This document shows positions 9,681 to 20,039 of a stretch of 64,000 nt of DNA, piece by piece (the stretch's first letter is position 1; every line of letters begins with the position of its first letter). A program made the position numbers and the translations under genes. The stretch comes from a virus, in the IMG/VR virus record IMGVR_UViG_3300010885_077086, positions 1-64,000 of that record. One strand, written 5' to 3'. The notes under the pieces are model-generated. The model did not search any database and had not been told where the DNA came from. It worked only from the letters and a program-made list of their open reading frames with translations.

Positions 9681-11300
9681 CTATTCTTGGATTAGGTCGG
9701 AAAGATCTTGGTAGACACAAACTTCTGTTGTAAGGAGAGTGCCTGCGGCTGATACTGCATTTTCTACGCCCTTTCTGACTACCTTTACAGGATCAATGAT
9801 GCCTCTTTCCATCATATCTTCTACAAATTCTCCTCTTAGAGCATCAAATCCAACAAAGCCTCCCGTTGAGGTGATCTTCTCCTGTGGGCCGTGATAATCA
9901 AATCCTGCATTACGCATAATCTGAATGAATGGCTCTCTAAGAGCAGTACGGAGAATGTTTAAACCTGCAACTTCCTCTGGAAGAAGCTTTCCTGCTGGCT
10001 GAGCATTTATATAATCTCCAACAACTCTTGATGCCTGAAGAAGAGCTGAACCACCACCTGGAACAATTCCCATTTCAATTGCGGCGCGAACGGCATTTAG
10101 AGAGTCCTCTACACGATCTTTTCGCTCTCTCATTTCTCCTTCGGTAGAGCCACCAACACGGAATACTGCTGCTCCACCAGCCAACTTTGAAAGTCTGTCT
10201 TTTAGTGACATCTTCTGGTGATCAAAGATTGTTGAATCTCCCATTTGAGATTTAATCATTCTTACTCTAAGATCAACAGACTCTTTGCCACCAGCACCAT
10301 CAACAATTAGTGTTGTATTTCTTGTGCAGAGGATTCTTCTTGCTCTACCAAGATCCTCTAATTCTGCATCGCGTAGTGCTCTTCCATTAGAATTGTCAAA
10401 TACTTTTCCGCCAACAACTGCTGCAATATCTTCTAGCATATCGCGTCTAACGTCACCAAATCCTGGTGCTTTGATTGCACAACAAAGAAGATTTGCTTTC
10501 TGTCTGTTTAGAACAAGAGTTGCAAGTGCTTCTCCTTCAACGTCACGAGCAATAATAAAGAGTGGCTTACCTACTTTGTGTGCCTTCTGAATAATCTCTA
10601 GAAATTCTGTTGAGGAAGAAATCTTATCATCATAAAGAACAATATAAGCTCCTTCAAATTCACAAGATAGCTTCTCTGCATTAGTTACAAATGCTGGTGA
10701 TAGCCATCCCTTTGCAACTTGCAAACCTTCAGTATAAGTTACCTGAGTTTGTCCGCCCGTTGATTCTTCAAGAGAGATTACGCCGTCCTCTCCTACGTTT
10801 GATACAACCTCTCCAATCATTGATCCAAGCTCATGATCATTGTTTGTTGAAATAGTTGCAACATGCTTTAGTGTTTCTTCTGAATCAATGCTACGAGATA
10901 GTGATGACAGAAATGTTGTAACCTGAGAAAGACCAATATCTAAGCCTCTTTTTAAGAGAACTGGATTGTGTCCTGCAGCAACCATCTTAAGACCATCATT
11001 AAAAATGGCTTGCGACAAAACTGTTGCAGTAGTTGTTCCGTCACCAGCCATAGAGTTTGTTGCAGAAGCAGCAGTCTTAATTAGTTGCGCTCCAATATTT
11101 TGGAGAGGATCTTTTAACTCAATTGCTCTTGCGACGGATACTCCATCCTTTGTAATTACGGGAGGACCATAGCCTCTCTCTAATGCTGCATGACGACCTC
11201 TTGGACCAAGAGTGCATTTTACTGCATCTGCCACAATATTTACGCCCTTCTGAATCTCTGCTCTTGCCTCAGAACCAAACTTAACTTCTTTTGCTGACAT
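9681..11300 (-). CDS. groL: Chaperonin GroEL
   Basis: TLGPRGR, ITKDGVSVA, GDGTTTATV, APGFGDVRR, GIVPGGG, GIIDP. Confidence 0.97.
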   Translation of the reverse strand: MSAKEVKFGSEARAEIQKGVNIVADAVKCTLGPRGRHAALERGYGPPVITKDGVSVARAIELKDPLQNIGAQLIKTAASATNSMAGDGTTTATVLSQAIFNDGLKMVAAGHNPVLLKRGLDIGLSQVTTFLSSLSRSIDSEETLKHVATISTNNDHELGSMIGEVVSNVGEDGVISLEESTGGQTQVTYTEGLQVAKGWLSPAFVTNAEKLSCEFEGAYIVLYDDKISSSTEFLEIIQKAHKVGKPLFIIARDVEGEALATLVLNRQKANLLCCAIKAPGFGDVRRDMLEDIAAVVGGKVFDNSNGRALRDAELEDLGRARRILCTRNTTLIVDGAGGKESVDLRVRMIKSQMGDSTIFDHQKMSLKDRLSKLAGGAAVFRVGGSTEGEMRERKDRVEDSLNAVRAAIEMGIVPGGGSALLQASRVVGDYINAQPAGKLLPEEVAGLNILRTALREPFIQIMRNAGFDYHGPQEKITSTGGFVGFDALRGEFVEDMMERGIIDPVKVVRKGVENAVSAAGTLLTTEVCVYQDLSDLIQE

Positions 11301-11309
11301 GATTACCTC

Positions 11310-11936
11310 TTAGGTATAAATATTACTATAAGATGCGCCAATTTTTTGCATTAAATTTTGATTGTTATTCAATGCAATTGAAAGAGGATCGGAACCTGCG
11401 AATGGGTCGCAAACCACCTCCATTTCTTTGAGCTGTTGCTCCATGATTGTCTCCCATATTTTGGGTGGCTTTGCAGACAATCCGGCAGGCTTTTTCTCAT
11501 GAAAAATGTTTGGCATACCTGTGACGTATTTCTTTGTTGCACCCTTTGTGCAATAGACAATATATTCAACTTGATTACGCCAATGATATCCCATTGTCAT
11601 ATTGATCTTGTCCCAAACAATTATATTTCGAAACGTCCATCCTGCTTTTTCAAGTGAATCTTTTGTTGGAAATAAACCATCACGATTGGCAAAGACATAG
11701 CAGCCAGATCCAGAGTTTGAGATCTGAAACATTTCATTATAACATGACTCTAGATTTTTGTATGTTAGCCTAACATACATATCATCTTTGCCATCTTCAA
11801 ACTTCATTCTTCCTGTTCCATTTTGGTTTTCAAATGGGTAAGGAGGATCTGTAATCCAAAGATCAACTTTAGAGGTTGCTTTTAGGTGATTAAAAAAATC
11901 TTTAATTTCTAAGTTGGTAATATTTATTTTTGACAT
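11310..11936 (-). CDS. DNA methyltransferase (N6A/N4C, beta class)
   Basis: ITDPPY precedes DPFAGS; IIVWDK. Confidence 0.8.
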   Translation of the reverse strand: MSKINITNLEIKDFFNHLKATSKVDLWITDPPYPFENQNGTGRMKFEDGKDDMYVRLTYKNLESCYNEMFQISNSGSGCYVFANRDGLFPTKDSLEKAGWTFRNIIVWDKINMTMGYHWRNQVEYIVYCTKGATKKYVTGMPNIFHEKKPAGLSAKPPKIWETIMEQQLKEMEVVCDPFAGSDPLSIALNNNQNLMQKIGASYSNIYT

Positions 11937-11943
11937 TTAAACC

Positions 11944-12942
11944 TTAAAATGGAATCAAATCAATAATAGCTTCCTGCTTATTTTGCTCAGCAAGCTTTCT
12001 CTCTATAATACTCTTTACCGGAAACAAATCTGAGTCTCCAACAAAAAGCGCATGAGAAACATCCCAATGCGACATTTTTTGCATATCGGCAAAATGAGTT
12101 GCCAGCCGCTTAATCATGCTGTTGGTACTTTCTTTTGTGACTACTTCCTGCTCATAATTATCGCTGGTAGTAATCTTAACTTTTACACCAGCAGTAGTTC
12201 CGCCCCACTGAGAAACTAGACCAAGCTTCTTGCACTCCTGCCAATAGGTATTGGAATCAGACATTACCTCTAGGGTTCTCTGATATAGCTCTTTTGAAAA
12301 CTCAAAGTTTGTTTTTTCATAGTATTTAAAGTGTCTTAGGGCCTGAAATACTTTTGATGCAAGACTCTTTCTCATTAAGCCTTCATTATTTATTGTCAGC
12401 TGTTTTTTATTCATGGAATCCATGAATGATTGATGAACAATAAATTCACCATTATGAATTGCAACAGAGCAAACACCAAGATCAAAAGAAGATAGGAGTG
12501 ATTCTACAGAATCTTGCTTCCTAACAATACACTGAATTGGCTTTAGCTTTACTTTGCGCTTTTGCTTATAGTCGGAAAGTATAAATGTATTTGCCCAATC
12601 AGATGCTCTGTCTAGGCGAATAGTTTCTCCGCTTGAAAATGATACAGGCTCTGCAGTAAATTTATCTTTTCTTAAAAATAAATTTTGCAAACCAGAATCA
12701 TTACAATCATTTGTTATCCATAAATCAACATCGGAAAATGGAACTACGGGATTTTGAAATAAGTTTTTTACAACTAATGAGCCAGCAGCCCTATCATTTA
12801 GACTTTCCAGTATTTCATTTACAACAAATGCATTTAAAGCAAACCCACCGGCAATGATAACGTCTTTGTTATTTGCAAGATCCTCAGGAAGATATGTTTT
12901 AATTAAATCTACTACTAATTTTGCATCTTTTTTGATAAACAT
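11944..12942 (-). CDS. Pol beta-superfamily nucleotidyltransferase-like protein
   Basis: IAGGF...SDVDLW; FDLGVCSVA. Confidence 0.6.
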   Translation of the reverse strand: MFIKKDAKLVVDLIKTYLPEDLANNKDVIIAGGFALNAFVVNEILESLNDRAAGSLVVKNLFQNPVVPFSDVDLWITNDCNDSGLQNLFLRKDKFTAEPVSFSSGETIRLDRASDWANTFILSDYKQKRKVKLKPIQCIVRKQDSVESLLSSFDLGVCSVAIHNGEFIVHQSFMDSMNKKQLTINNEGLMRKSLASKVFQALRHFKYYEKTNFEFSKELYQRTLEVMSDSNTYWQECKKLGLVSQWGGTTAGVKVKITTSDNYEQEVVTKESTNSMIKRLATHFADMQKMSHWDVSHALFVGDSDLFPVKSIIERKLAEQNKQEAIIDLIPF

Positions 12943-12960
12943 TATTACTCCGAGGTTATA

Positions 12961-14196
12961 ATGAGAAATTTAAAGAAAATTAAAAGATTACTAAAGGTTG
13001 CACAGGAAGGAAGCTTAGAAGCTTGGCAGCAAGTAAAGGCTGAAGCTGAAAGTGAAGCTCTTCCTCCAGAGTTAGATGTTTCTGGCGTTGAAGAGTCTGC
13101 TGGTGTTGCAGAGGATCTAAGTGAAAAAGCTGAGGCTGCAAGGCAGTCACTAGAGTCTCTTACTTCAGAAGAAAAGAGCACATTACAAGAGGCATCTTCT
13201 GAACCGGGATTTATTGATAAGGTAATAGCCTCTGGAAATATAAAATCCGCAGCATCGTCCATTATTGATACGCTATTTTTAAAAGCGGCTTCTAAAAAAA
13301 TTGGCAAAAATGCTGCTGCCGCAATAATAAGGGATATAAATATATATTCTTCATTAGAGAATTTTGAAATAAAGATTGCATCAAGAAATTCTTTTGAAAC
13401 AACACTGATTAGAAAAAAAGAAGCTTTTGATAGAATGCTTTCTGATGAGAACTTTTTGAAAGAAGCATCATCAAAATACCTGATGGTAAAAAATAGCAAT
13501 TTTATGTCAGGATTAGCTGAAGGAATCTCTGGTGCTGCTGGTGCAATAGGCAGAGGACTAAAGGCCGCTCTCTCTGGCGTATGGAGTTTTATATGGAAAG
13601 TCTTTCCGATATTTACACTTATTTATTCGGTACAAGACGGATATAATTCGTACAATATGGTTGAAGCGTCTGTCAAAAAAGTTGTTTCTAACTTTTCAGA
13701 TCTCGGAACAGAAGAATCTCTGTTAGATCCAGAATATATTTCTAAATTAATTGAAGAATTTGGAAATATTCCAGAAAAAATTCTAAGAGTAACAAGACTA
13801 AACAAAATTGCAATATTCTATAAGAAGCATTGGTACAACATGTGGTATTCTGTTGCTTCAGCAATAGAAGATATAATATCCATTATACTCACGTTTTTTA
13901 CAGCTGGTGTGGCCACTGTAGCAACAAGGGTAGCATCTATTGTATCAACTATACTTGGATTTGGATCTTTTTTTGGCAGCTTAGGCACATCATTTTTGGA
14001 TATTGGAGTTTCAGGCTATGTCTCAAACAATAAAACAATATCTACAATTGCTGGAACTCATATTTCTGAGCTTAAGAGTGATATGCCATCTGAATCTGAT
14101 CTTGGTGAGCTACCTGCCGACAACAAACGTGAAGAAGCACTTAGAACATTTAGACTTCTGCAAGATTCTATGTCAGCAGCAAAGGCACTTTCCTAA
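12961..14196 (+). CDS. Probable virion protein with hydrophobic membrane-insertion segments
   Basis: 411 aa; KVA/KIA/KEA motifs; hydrophobic IISIILTFFTAGVATVA...LGFGSFFG. Confidence 0.55.
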   Translation: MRNLKKIKRLLKVAQEGSLEAWQQVKAEAESEALPPELDVSGVEESAGVAEDLSEKAEAARQSLESLTSEEKSTLQEASSEPGFIDKVIASGNIKSAASSIIDTLFLKAASKKIGKNAAAAIIRDINIYSSLENFEIKIASRNSFETTLIRKKEAFDRMLSDENFLKEASSKYLMVKNSNFMSGLAEGISGAAGAIGRGLKAALSGVWSFIWKVFPIFTLIYSVQDGYNSYNMVEASVKKVVSNFSDLGTEESLLDPEYISKLIEEFGNIPEKILRVTRLNKIAIFYKKHWYNMWYSVASAIEDIISIILTFFTAGVATVATRVASIVSTILGFGSFFGSLGTSFLDIGVSGYVSNNKTISTIAGTHISELKSDMPSESDLGELPADNKREEALRTFRLLQDSMSAAKALS

Positions 14197-14223
14197 TTAA
14201 TATAGCCTATTGAAGATAATATA

Positions 14224-14631
14224 TTAAGAAACTTTATCTTCAATAATTAAAAATTCTCTATCTAACCAGGAAAACTTCGTGCCTTGCGTAAGTAGGACTG
14301 CCATACTTTTTGCAAAGTCTATTTGCAGTTTTAGATCTTCTAATTCAGTATTCAGATCTCTAATTTTTAGCAAAAAGTCTGCTGGACTAGATGCCGCCGT
14401 AACTGCAAAGAAGCTTATATAATCATCCTTTGTGGCTATGGTTACTTCTCCCTTTGACTTTTTTGCTGGTCTACAGATAATAAGATCTTTTCCTGTTGGC
14501 AATTCGTTTCGCTCCTCCCAGCCAACAATAATCTTTCCGTCTTTCTCTGGTGGAAGCTGACGATAGCCAAGTATCTTGTCTACCTTATAAGTTTTCAAAA
14601 TTTTAGGTAATGTTGCCAACCTTTCCTCCAA
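14224..14631 (-). CDS. Hypothetical protein
   Basis: 135 aa ORF. Confidence 0.6.
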   Translation of the reverse strand: MEERLATLPKILKTYKVDKILGYRQLPPEKDGKIIVGWEERNELPTGKDLIICRPAKKSKGEVTIATKDDYISFFAVTAASSPADFLLKIRDLNTELEDLKLQIDFAKSMAVLLTQGTKFSWLDREFLIIEDKVS

Positions 14632-15271
14632 TCTTCTTTAATGTAGCGGCATTTCCATGAACCTCAAACATTACAGTCTTTTCTGCCGTCTTTCCATCAA
14701 CGCGACAAAGAGTGCAGTCGTTACAGGTAATGTCCTTCTTTCCTTCTACGCCATGACGAGCGGGGCACATAAATGCCTTCTCACCATTTGGCAAGGAAAG
14801 TGACTTCTGTGTTCCCTTTGGGACGATTAGTGTTGCAGACCAGCCCATAGACCGTGCCTCCATCACTTCATCGAGGTTTGCACAGGAAGCTCTAAAGTAG
14901 CTCTTTAGAGGCTGGGCTTCATCTGCTCGCCAATTATGAGTATAGCCGATGTTGATAAGACCTTCGCTCTCAACTAGCTTACACTCATTAAGCGTTTCTT
15001 TTACATCTCCAACAATATCTCCGGCAATTCTATGCCGAACAATTCTTGCCGTATGTAGTCGCTCTCCTAGAGCATCCGTGATAGACTTAAGCTTAATTGT
15101 TCCCTTGTCAATCTTTGAGGAAAGAACACCAAGGTAAAACAATCCCCAAGCGTAACACCCACCTTCTTTTAGTGAGCAGGAGTCTGGGCAGCTTTCTTTT
15201 GTAGAATAGGATGCAACAACCTTTCCTGTCTTTTTGTCATTAGAAGAAGAAACCCAATGAACCTTTCGCAT
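14603..15271 (-). CDS. Cys-rich phage protein (Gp88-like, radical-SAM-related)
   Basis: CPDSC...GCYA, RHRIAGD, YTH, CPA...CNDCTLC. Confidence 0.55.
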   Translation of the reverse strand: MRKVHWVSSSNDKKTGKVVASYSTKESCPDSCSLKEGGCYAWGLFYLGVLSSKIDKGTIKLKSITDALGERLHTARIVRHRIAGDIVGDVKETLNECKLVESEGLINIGYTHNWRADEAQPLKSYFRASCANLDEVMEARSMGWSATLIVPKGTQKSLSLPNGEKAFMCPARHGVEGKKDITCNDCTLCRVDGKTAEKTVMFEVHGNAATLKKIGGKVGNIT

Positions 15272-15284
15272 TTGTCTACCACGG

Positions 15285-15315
15285 AAAATGCCGGAGAGGC
15301 GTAAACCTCTCCGGC
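15285..15315 (-). terminator. GC hairpin / possible terminator
   Basis: GCCGGAGAGG-6nt-CCTCTCCGGC perfect 10-bp stem. Confidence 0.55.
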
Positions 15316-15327
15316 TAATTTAGAGAA

Positions 15328-15585
15328 TCACTCTGTTGGAAGATACTGATTCAAGAATGTCTGAAGGGCACGAGCCTCTCTTACTGTCATCTTGATTACA
15401 GACTCGCTACGAGAATCTGGAACAGTAATTGTAAGTCGATTGGAAAGCTTCTTCTTTCCTACGGAATCGCGAGAGAGTCGAACTCGAAATCCTGAAAAAT
15501 CTCGACTTACTACCTTCTCTCGATCTGCAAGTGCTGGAACTTTGCTGCGTGAATTTGTCTGCTGAGTAGTGGTATCGGTATTCAT
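15328..15585 (-). CDS. Hypothetical protein
   Basis: 85 aa, AGGAG RBS. Confidence 0.65.
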   Translation of the reverse strand: MNTDTTTQQTNSRSKVPALADREKVVSRDFSGFRVRLSRDSVGKKKLSNRLTITVPDSRSESVIKMTVREARALQTFLNQYLPTE

Positions 15586-15594
15586 TTTTTCTCC

Positions 15595-15768
15595 TTAAAA
15601 AAGTTTCTTAATGCGAATATAGGATTTGCCTTCTTTCTTCATCTTTTCTAGAAGGTCTGCTGCGCTCTGTACGTCCTCTACCTCTTCTGTCTTTTTTGCG
15701 GGGGTCTCTTCTGTAGTTGACTCAAATAACTTTGAGATATCTTTATCAGTATTTTTTGCTTTTGCCAT
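15595..15768 (-). CDS. Hypothetical protein
   Basis: Start re-called at MAKAK behind AGGAG. Confidence 0.6.
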   Translation of the reverse strand: MAKAKNTDKDISKLFESTTEETPAKKTEEVEDVQSAADLLEKMKKEGKSYIRIKKLF

Positions 15769-15778
15769 TATAAACTCC

Positions 15779-16072
15779 TTAGTTATTTTCAGTAGTTGTC
15801 TTTGTATTTCCGACCCAGCCATGATCTTGGCCTACGACTAGCACTTTCTTTTCTGGCTCACTTTTAACTCCAAAGTCTCCACCAAAAATCTGCTTTGCTA
15901 GCCTATAGCGCAATTGATCTGGGTTGATATTTTGAGCGGCGGCAACTCTTTCAACCGAAGTTTGAAATATTTCCTCTGCAATCATAAGAGCGTCATATGG
16001 TGAAACTTTTTCTTCATTCAAGAGGATGAAGATTTTCTTCATAACTTCATCCATCCTCTTTTCATCAGACAT
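15779..16072 (-). CDS. Hypothetical protein
   Basis: Start re-called at MSDEK. Confidence 0.55.
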   Translation of the reverse strand: MSDEKRMDEVMKKIFILLNEEKVSPYDALMIAEEIFQTSVERVAAAQNINPDQLRYRLAKQIFGGDFGVKSEPEKKVLVVGQDHGWVGNTKTTTENN

Positions 16073-16313
16073 TTCCAAGCCAACCTCGCTCTGAGTCTGA
16101 AAGAAATACGACATCATTAATGTTGCATACTTCAGTTCCAGAGCGGTGACGATAGAAGATTGTTCCACTCTTCTGAACTACCTCCTTAACTAGACCACGA
16201 ACCTTTCCATCATCTGTCTTAACTAGGATTGCGTTTCCTACCTCAAAATCACTAATGTGAAAACAACCAAACTCATCAAAGCCTGCTGCAAAAGCTACGC
16301 TTGCGTTATCCAT
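16065..16313 (-). CDS. Small SH3/KOW-like beta-barrel hypothetical protein
   Basis: FEVGNAILVKTDDGKVRGLVKEV. Confidence 0.5.
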   Translation of the reverse strand: MDNASVAFAAGFDEFGCFHISDFEVGNAILVKTDDGKVRGLVKEVVQKSGTIFYRHRSGTEVCNINDVVFLSDSERGWLGNV

Positions 16314-16521
16314 ATTTAATCCCTTTTTAAAATCGTAAAATTAATTAAACTTGAAATTTTCAAAAGACAAATGTAATTTACACTCTACACGGTTTCTCCG
16401 GGGAATGGGGTTATTGTCGGGGTAGCGGCGCAACCTCCCGACCCTATATTTATACCCCGCTGGACTCTTGCCGTCTATAAAATCTTTTAATCCTAAATTT
16501 TATTTTTTACTGGCAAGCGTA

Positions 16522-16833
16522 TTAGCAAAAACTTTCTGGACAATTTGGGTGATTTTGCAGAATCTCAACAATCTTCCACCTAATATCTCTTATATTTATT
16601 TGCTTATCATAAGAGAAGTAGTTATATGTTGATTTGTTTATACTTTTAACTAGCCTTGATTCTGCAATATTCCTGCCTCTATTTTTTGAAAACTGATCTT
16701 TATCAGAGCAGAATGAGGCATCCCAAATAACTATGCCATGAACTTGATCGACTCTAAATACAATCGTAGCCGGAGAAGATCCGGCCCGATAGTGAAAGAA
16801 ATAAGATTTGCTTAACATTTTTTTCCTCTTCAA
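16522..16833 (-). CDS. Conserved phage protein
   Basis: SFCSDKDQFSKNRGRNIAESR motif. Confidence 0.6.
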   Translation of the reverse strand: MKRKKMLSKSYFFHYRAGSSPATIVFRVDQVHGIVIWDASFCSDKDQFSKNRGRNIAESRLVKSINKSTYNYFSYDKQINIRDIRWKIVEILQNHPNCPESFC

Positions 16834-16842
16834 AATATTTTA

Positions 16843-17058
16843 CTATTTTGAAAGATGTTCCCCAATTCTATTATAAAGATCTTCTAATTGCTCTTCTGTC
16901 AGATCATCAATTAATGATTCAAATACTTCATCTACTTGAATATCAGATTCTGAAAATCCATCCTCAAAGTCTTCATCATCATAACCATCGTCAAATTCAC
17001 TGTAAGATTCTTCGTCATCTGAAAAGAAGTCATCATCGTCATCATCATAACTTGGCAT
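16843..17058 (-). CDS. Highly acidic small protein
   Basis: 71 aa D/E-rich, AGGAG RBS. Confidence 0.6.
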   Translation of the reverse strand: MPSYDDDDDDFFSDDEESYSEFDDGYDDEDFEDGFSESDIQVDEVFESLIDDLTEEQLEDLYNRIGEHLSK

Positions 17059-17085
17059 AAACTATCTCCTTGTAATTTATTTTAT

Positions 17086-18015
17086 CTATGTAGTAGATTT
17101 TTGTCTATTATAATAATTAATTACAGCGAGATCTTTCATTTTTGCCTCTACCATAACATCTACTTCCATTCCGTAGGTGTTAATTTCTTTTCTGATGTAA
17201 TCGGAATGTGCTTGTGGCTTGATCTTTGGATCACCAACTTCTTCAGAGAGTGACTCTGAATAATGAATTACAGGCCTAATTCCTGCTGGCCATGTTGTAG
17301 CAGCAAGTCTCATGGCCTCTTCTTGTGTTAGGCCACCATCACAGAATAGATGATGGTGCTGATCATGAACTACAGGAATTCCGGTGTGTGGGAAAAGATC
17401 TTCAACAAGCTCTTTTGTTGAATAAAGAGAAGCCTTATCATCATTCTCGATGGTAAGTCTCTTGCTTACAGCATCGGGCAGTCTTTTGAAGTTCTTGATA
17501 AATCTTGCGATTGCCACCTCTTTTTCACCATATGCACCACCAAGATGGATGTTAATTTTTGCATAATGTGTATTTGGTAGACCTAGAAGATCAAAAACCT
17601 CTCCGTGAATCTTTAGATCTGTAATTGTATTGTTTACTACAGATTCTGACTCAGAACAGAGTTTATTGAATGGCCCTGGATGACTTGTAATTCTAATGCC
17701 ATTATCCCTTGCAAAATCTCCAGCCTCTTTTAGTGCAAGGGAAATACCCTGATAATCCTTTAGACTTTCAATTTCATACTCTGAGGCCCAAGGAAAAAGA
17801 TTAGATGAAAGTCTAAAGAAAAATATATTATTTTGAACATTTGACTTTAGAATAGGAAGAAGGTCTTTGCAATTCTGCAAGGCAAGATCTGATGCGTAAT
17901 TTACACCCTTCTGATCAAAAGTCTTTCTGATCATTGTTCTGTTTGTTGTTGGAGCCGACTTGCCGAGCTTTTGCTCTAGAAAAGACGAAATACAGGCGTA
18001 ACCGTAGCGAACCAT
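17086..18015 (-). CDS. uvsE: UV DNA damage endonuclease
   Basis: GYAC, FRLSS, HPGPF, IHLGG, IENDD, HYSE, AHSD, VEAK. Confidence 0.93.
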   Translation of the reverse strand: MVRYGYACISSFLEQKLGKSAPTTNRTMIRKTFDQKGVNYASDLALQNCKDLLPILKSNVQNNIFFFRLSSNLFPWASEYEIESLKDYQGISLALKEAGDFARDNGIRITSHPGPFNKLCSESESVVNNTITDLKIHGEVFDLLGLPNTHYAKINIHLGGAYGEKEVAIARFIKNFKRLPDAVSKRLTIENDDKASLYSTKELVEDLFPHTGIPVVHDQHHHLFCDGGLTQEEAMRLAATTWPAGIRPVIHYSESLSEEVGDPKIKPQAHSDYIRKEINTYGMEVDVMVEAKMKDLAVINYYNRQKSTT

Positions 18016-18102
18016 GCTGCCTCCTTGCCCCGATAAGCTAATCACGGTGAGGCCCTTCGTCTATAGCTGGCTTAAAAACTATGAATTTTTTTTCTATCAA
18101 GA

Positions 18103-18651
18103 GTGAAATCACCAAAAAATAATCATCCATTTCTCAGCGAGATAAACCATAGGGTTGAGATTATAGGGGCTGCAAAATCTTTTTTAGAGAAAAATTTTGA
18201 ATTAAAAATTAATCAAGCCCTAATTGGACATCTTTTTTTCGGACAAAGAGCGTTTGCCCTACCAGGAAGAGATATAGGCCTTATGTATGGTGAAGAGACC
18301 AAATATTATCCAGAAGGATTTGAAGAAACAATTTTTCCTGGGCCAGTAGTTCTTATTGATGAAACTGGAACATCTTTTGATATTGGAATTGGTGAGATAT
18401 TAAAAGATGATATTGGATTTTATTTTAAAAATATTCTAATAAATATCAGGATAAATAAAAATGATTCACATGATATGAGTGGATTCTTTTCTGATAATTT
18501 TTTTATTCAAATCTATAAAATAGATAGCTACGGACTATTAAAAGAAGTTAATTTAACTGCTGTTTTAGAAACAAAAAAATTGTGCTCAGATTTTATCCTA
18601 AACACAATTTTTTTTAATTTAGAAAAGCTTTCCAGTTCTAGAGTTGTATGA
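18103..18651 (+). CDS. Hypothetical protein with degenerate 'LFN' tail
   Basis: 182 aa ending CSDFILNTIFFNLEKL... Confidence 0.6.
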   Translation: MKSPKNNHPFLSEINHRVEIIGAAKSFLEKNFELKINQALIGHLFFGQRAFALPGRDIGLMYGEETKYYPEGFEETIFPGPVVLIDETGTSFDIGIGEILKDDIGFYFKNILINIRINKNDSHDMSGFFSDNFFIQIYKIDSYGLLKEVNLTAVLETKKLCSDFILNTIFFNLEKLSSSRVV

Positions 18652-18861
18652 CGAAATTCCATATCTCTCTTTGTTTATTGGCTTTGGCTTCCAGCCCGCC
18701 CAATCTTCGAGATATTTCTCTGGAATCTCAGAGAGATCTTCTACCTTTCTACAATATGTAAATCTATCTTCTTCAAACTTCTCAAACCAAAATCCTCCAA
18801 AGATAAAAAACTGATCTCTTATCTCTGGACCCTTTCTTTTCTTTTTATCTAAAAGTCCCAT
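18619..18861 (-). CDS. Hypothetical protein
   Basis: 80 aa, GAGG RBS. Confidence 0.6.
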   Translation of the reverse strand: MGLLDKKKRKGPEIRDQFFIFGGFWFEKFEEDRFTYCRKVEDLSEIPEKYLEDWAGWKPKPINKERYGISSYNSRTGKLF

Positions 18862-18868
18862 TTTAACC

Positions 18869-19039
18869 TCACTCTTCTTCTGCTTTTATTAAGAATTTTT
18901 CGGAATAGCTGACTACTTTTATTATACCGGATAGGCTCTTTAAACCAACTAAATTTGTTACGCCAGAATCATCAATCCATTCAACTGTGAAAAATTCCCC
19001 AGAATAAAGAACTACATCACCTACTTTTATTTTTTTCAT
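18869..19039 (-). CDS. Small hypothetical protein (56 aa)
   Basis: MKKIKVDDVVLYSGEFFTVEWID... Confidence 0.5.
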   Translation of the reverse strand: MKKIKVGDVVLYSGEFFTVEWIDDSGVTNLVGLKSLSGIIKVVSYSEKFLIKAEEE

Positions 19040-19082
19040 TGAGAATCCCTGCTATTATTTTTTTATTTAATAGAGGAATTTT

Positions 19083-19832
19083 ATGGATAAAATAAAGAGG
19101 GGCCTTGGCTATATAAACATTATAGTATCAATTCTTATTTTAATCATTTTTAACAAAGAGCTTTTAATTCCAAAAGATGGCCCAGTCAGTATCTTAGAGG
19201 AAAAAAGAAATTTTGCAGAGAAAAGAACAGTTTTAGTTGAGTGGAAAACTGCAAGCTGGAGCGGCGTTCTTTTTGATTCAAATAATAAGTCATCAAGAAT
19301 TTTAACCATAATTCATGAAGATTCTATGAAAAAAATAAAAGAATCTGGAAATATTAGTCTAAAAATTTCAGATCGAGAAGGCAAAAAGCATACTGCATCA
19401 ATAAAGGGTTGGAATAGTTGCAATGAATTAGCAATGTTAGAAATTACAAATGGCTCAATAGCTTATAATAGCTCTTTAAACATTGAGCAAAGACAAGAAA
19501 ACCTTTCGCAGAGCTTATTTTCATTTGGCCATCCACTTGGACTAAATCTACATTATGCAGAAGGATATCTTAGTTCTACTGGAAATAAAATAAAACCATG
19601 TGGAATGATAACAAATGGCTTTTCTGGAGGAACAATTCCTGGTCAAACAGGGTCTGGGGTCTGGAATACAAATGGAGAGCTTGCTGGACTTATAGTTGCA
19701 ACATCTGCCATGCCAGTAAAGTCATATGATTCAAGTGGTAATCAGTCTGGAATATCTGTTATTCCCGTTACATTTCTTGGAAGATTTGTTCCTGCTTCAG
19801 AAATAAAAGTATTTTTAAAAAAATTACTTTAA
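19083..19832 (+). CDS. Membrane-anchored trypsin-like serine protease homolog (atypical active site)
   Basis: N-terminal TM; SGV, ILTIIH, ELAML, FGHPLG, PGQTGSGVWN..GELAGL. Confidence 0.7.
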   Translation: MDKIKRGLGYINIIVSILILIIFNKELLIPKDGPVSILEEKRNFAEKRTVLVEWKTASWSGVLFDSNNKSSRILTIIHEDSMKKIKESGNISLKISDREGKKHTASIKGWNSCNELAMLEITNGSIAYNSSLNIEQRQENLSQSLFSFGHPLGLNLHYAEGYLSSTGNKIKPCGMITNGFSGGTIPGQTGSGVWNTNGELAGLIVATSAMPVKSYDSSGNQSGISVIPVTFLGRFVPASEIKVFLKKLL

Positions 19833-20039
19833 AGGTTTTGAATTTAAATCATAAAGATAGACTATAACGTAGTATTTTAAATTTTCTGCATAATCTAAAA
19901 TATAATCTATGTCTTGTGCCTCAAAGCCTCTTATTATCTTATGCTCTTCTGAAAGTTTTAAATTTGAAAATATTTCAACTACAGCATCACACTTTGCAGT
20001 ATTTCTATAAAATCTATTATCTATCACTTTCTTTATCAT
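19824..20039 (-). CDS. Hypothetical protein
   Basis: 71 aa ORF. Confidence 0.5.
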   Translation of the reverse strand: MIKKVIDNRFYRNTAKCDAVVEIFSNLKLSEEHKIIRGFEAQDIDYILDYAENLKYYVIVYLYDLNSKPLK

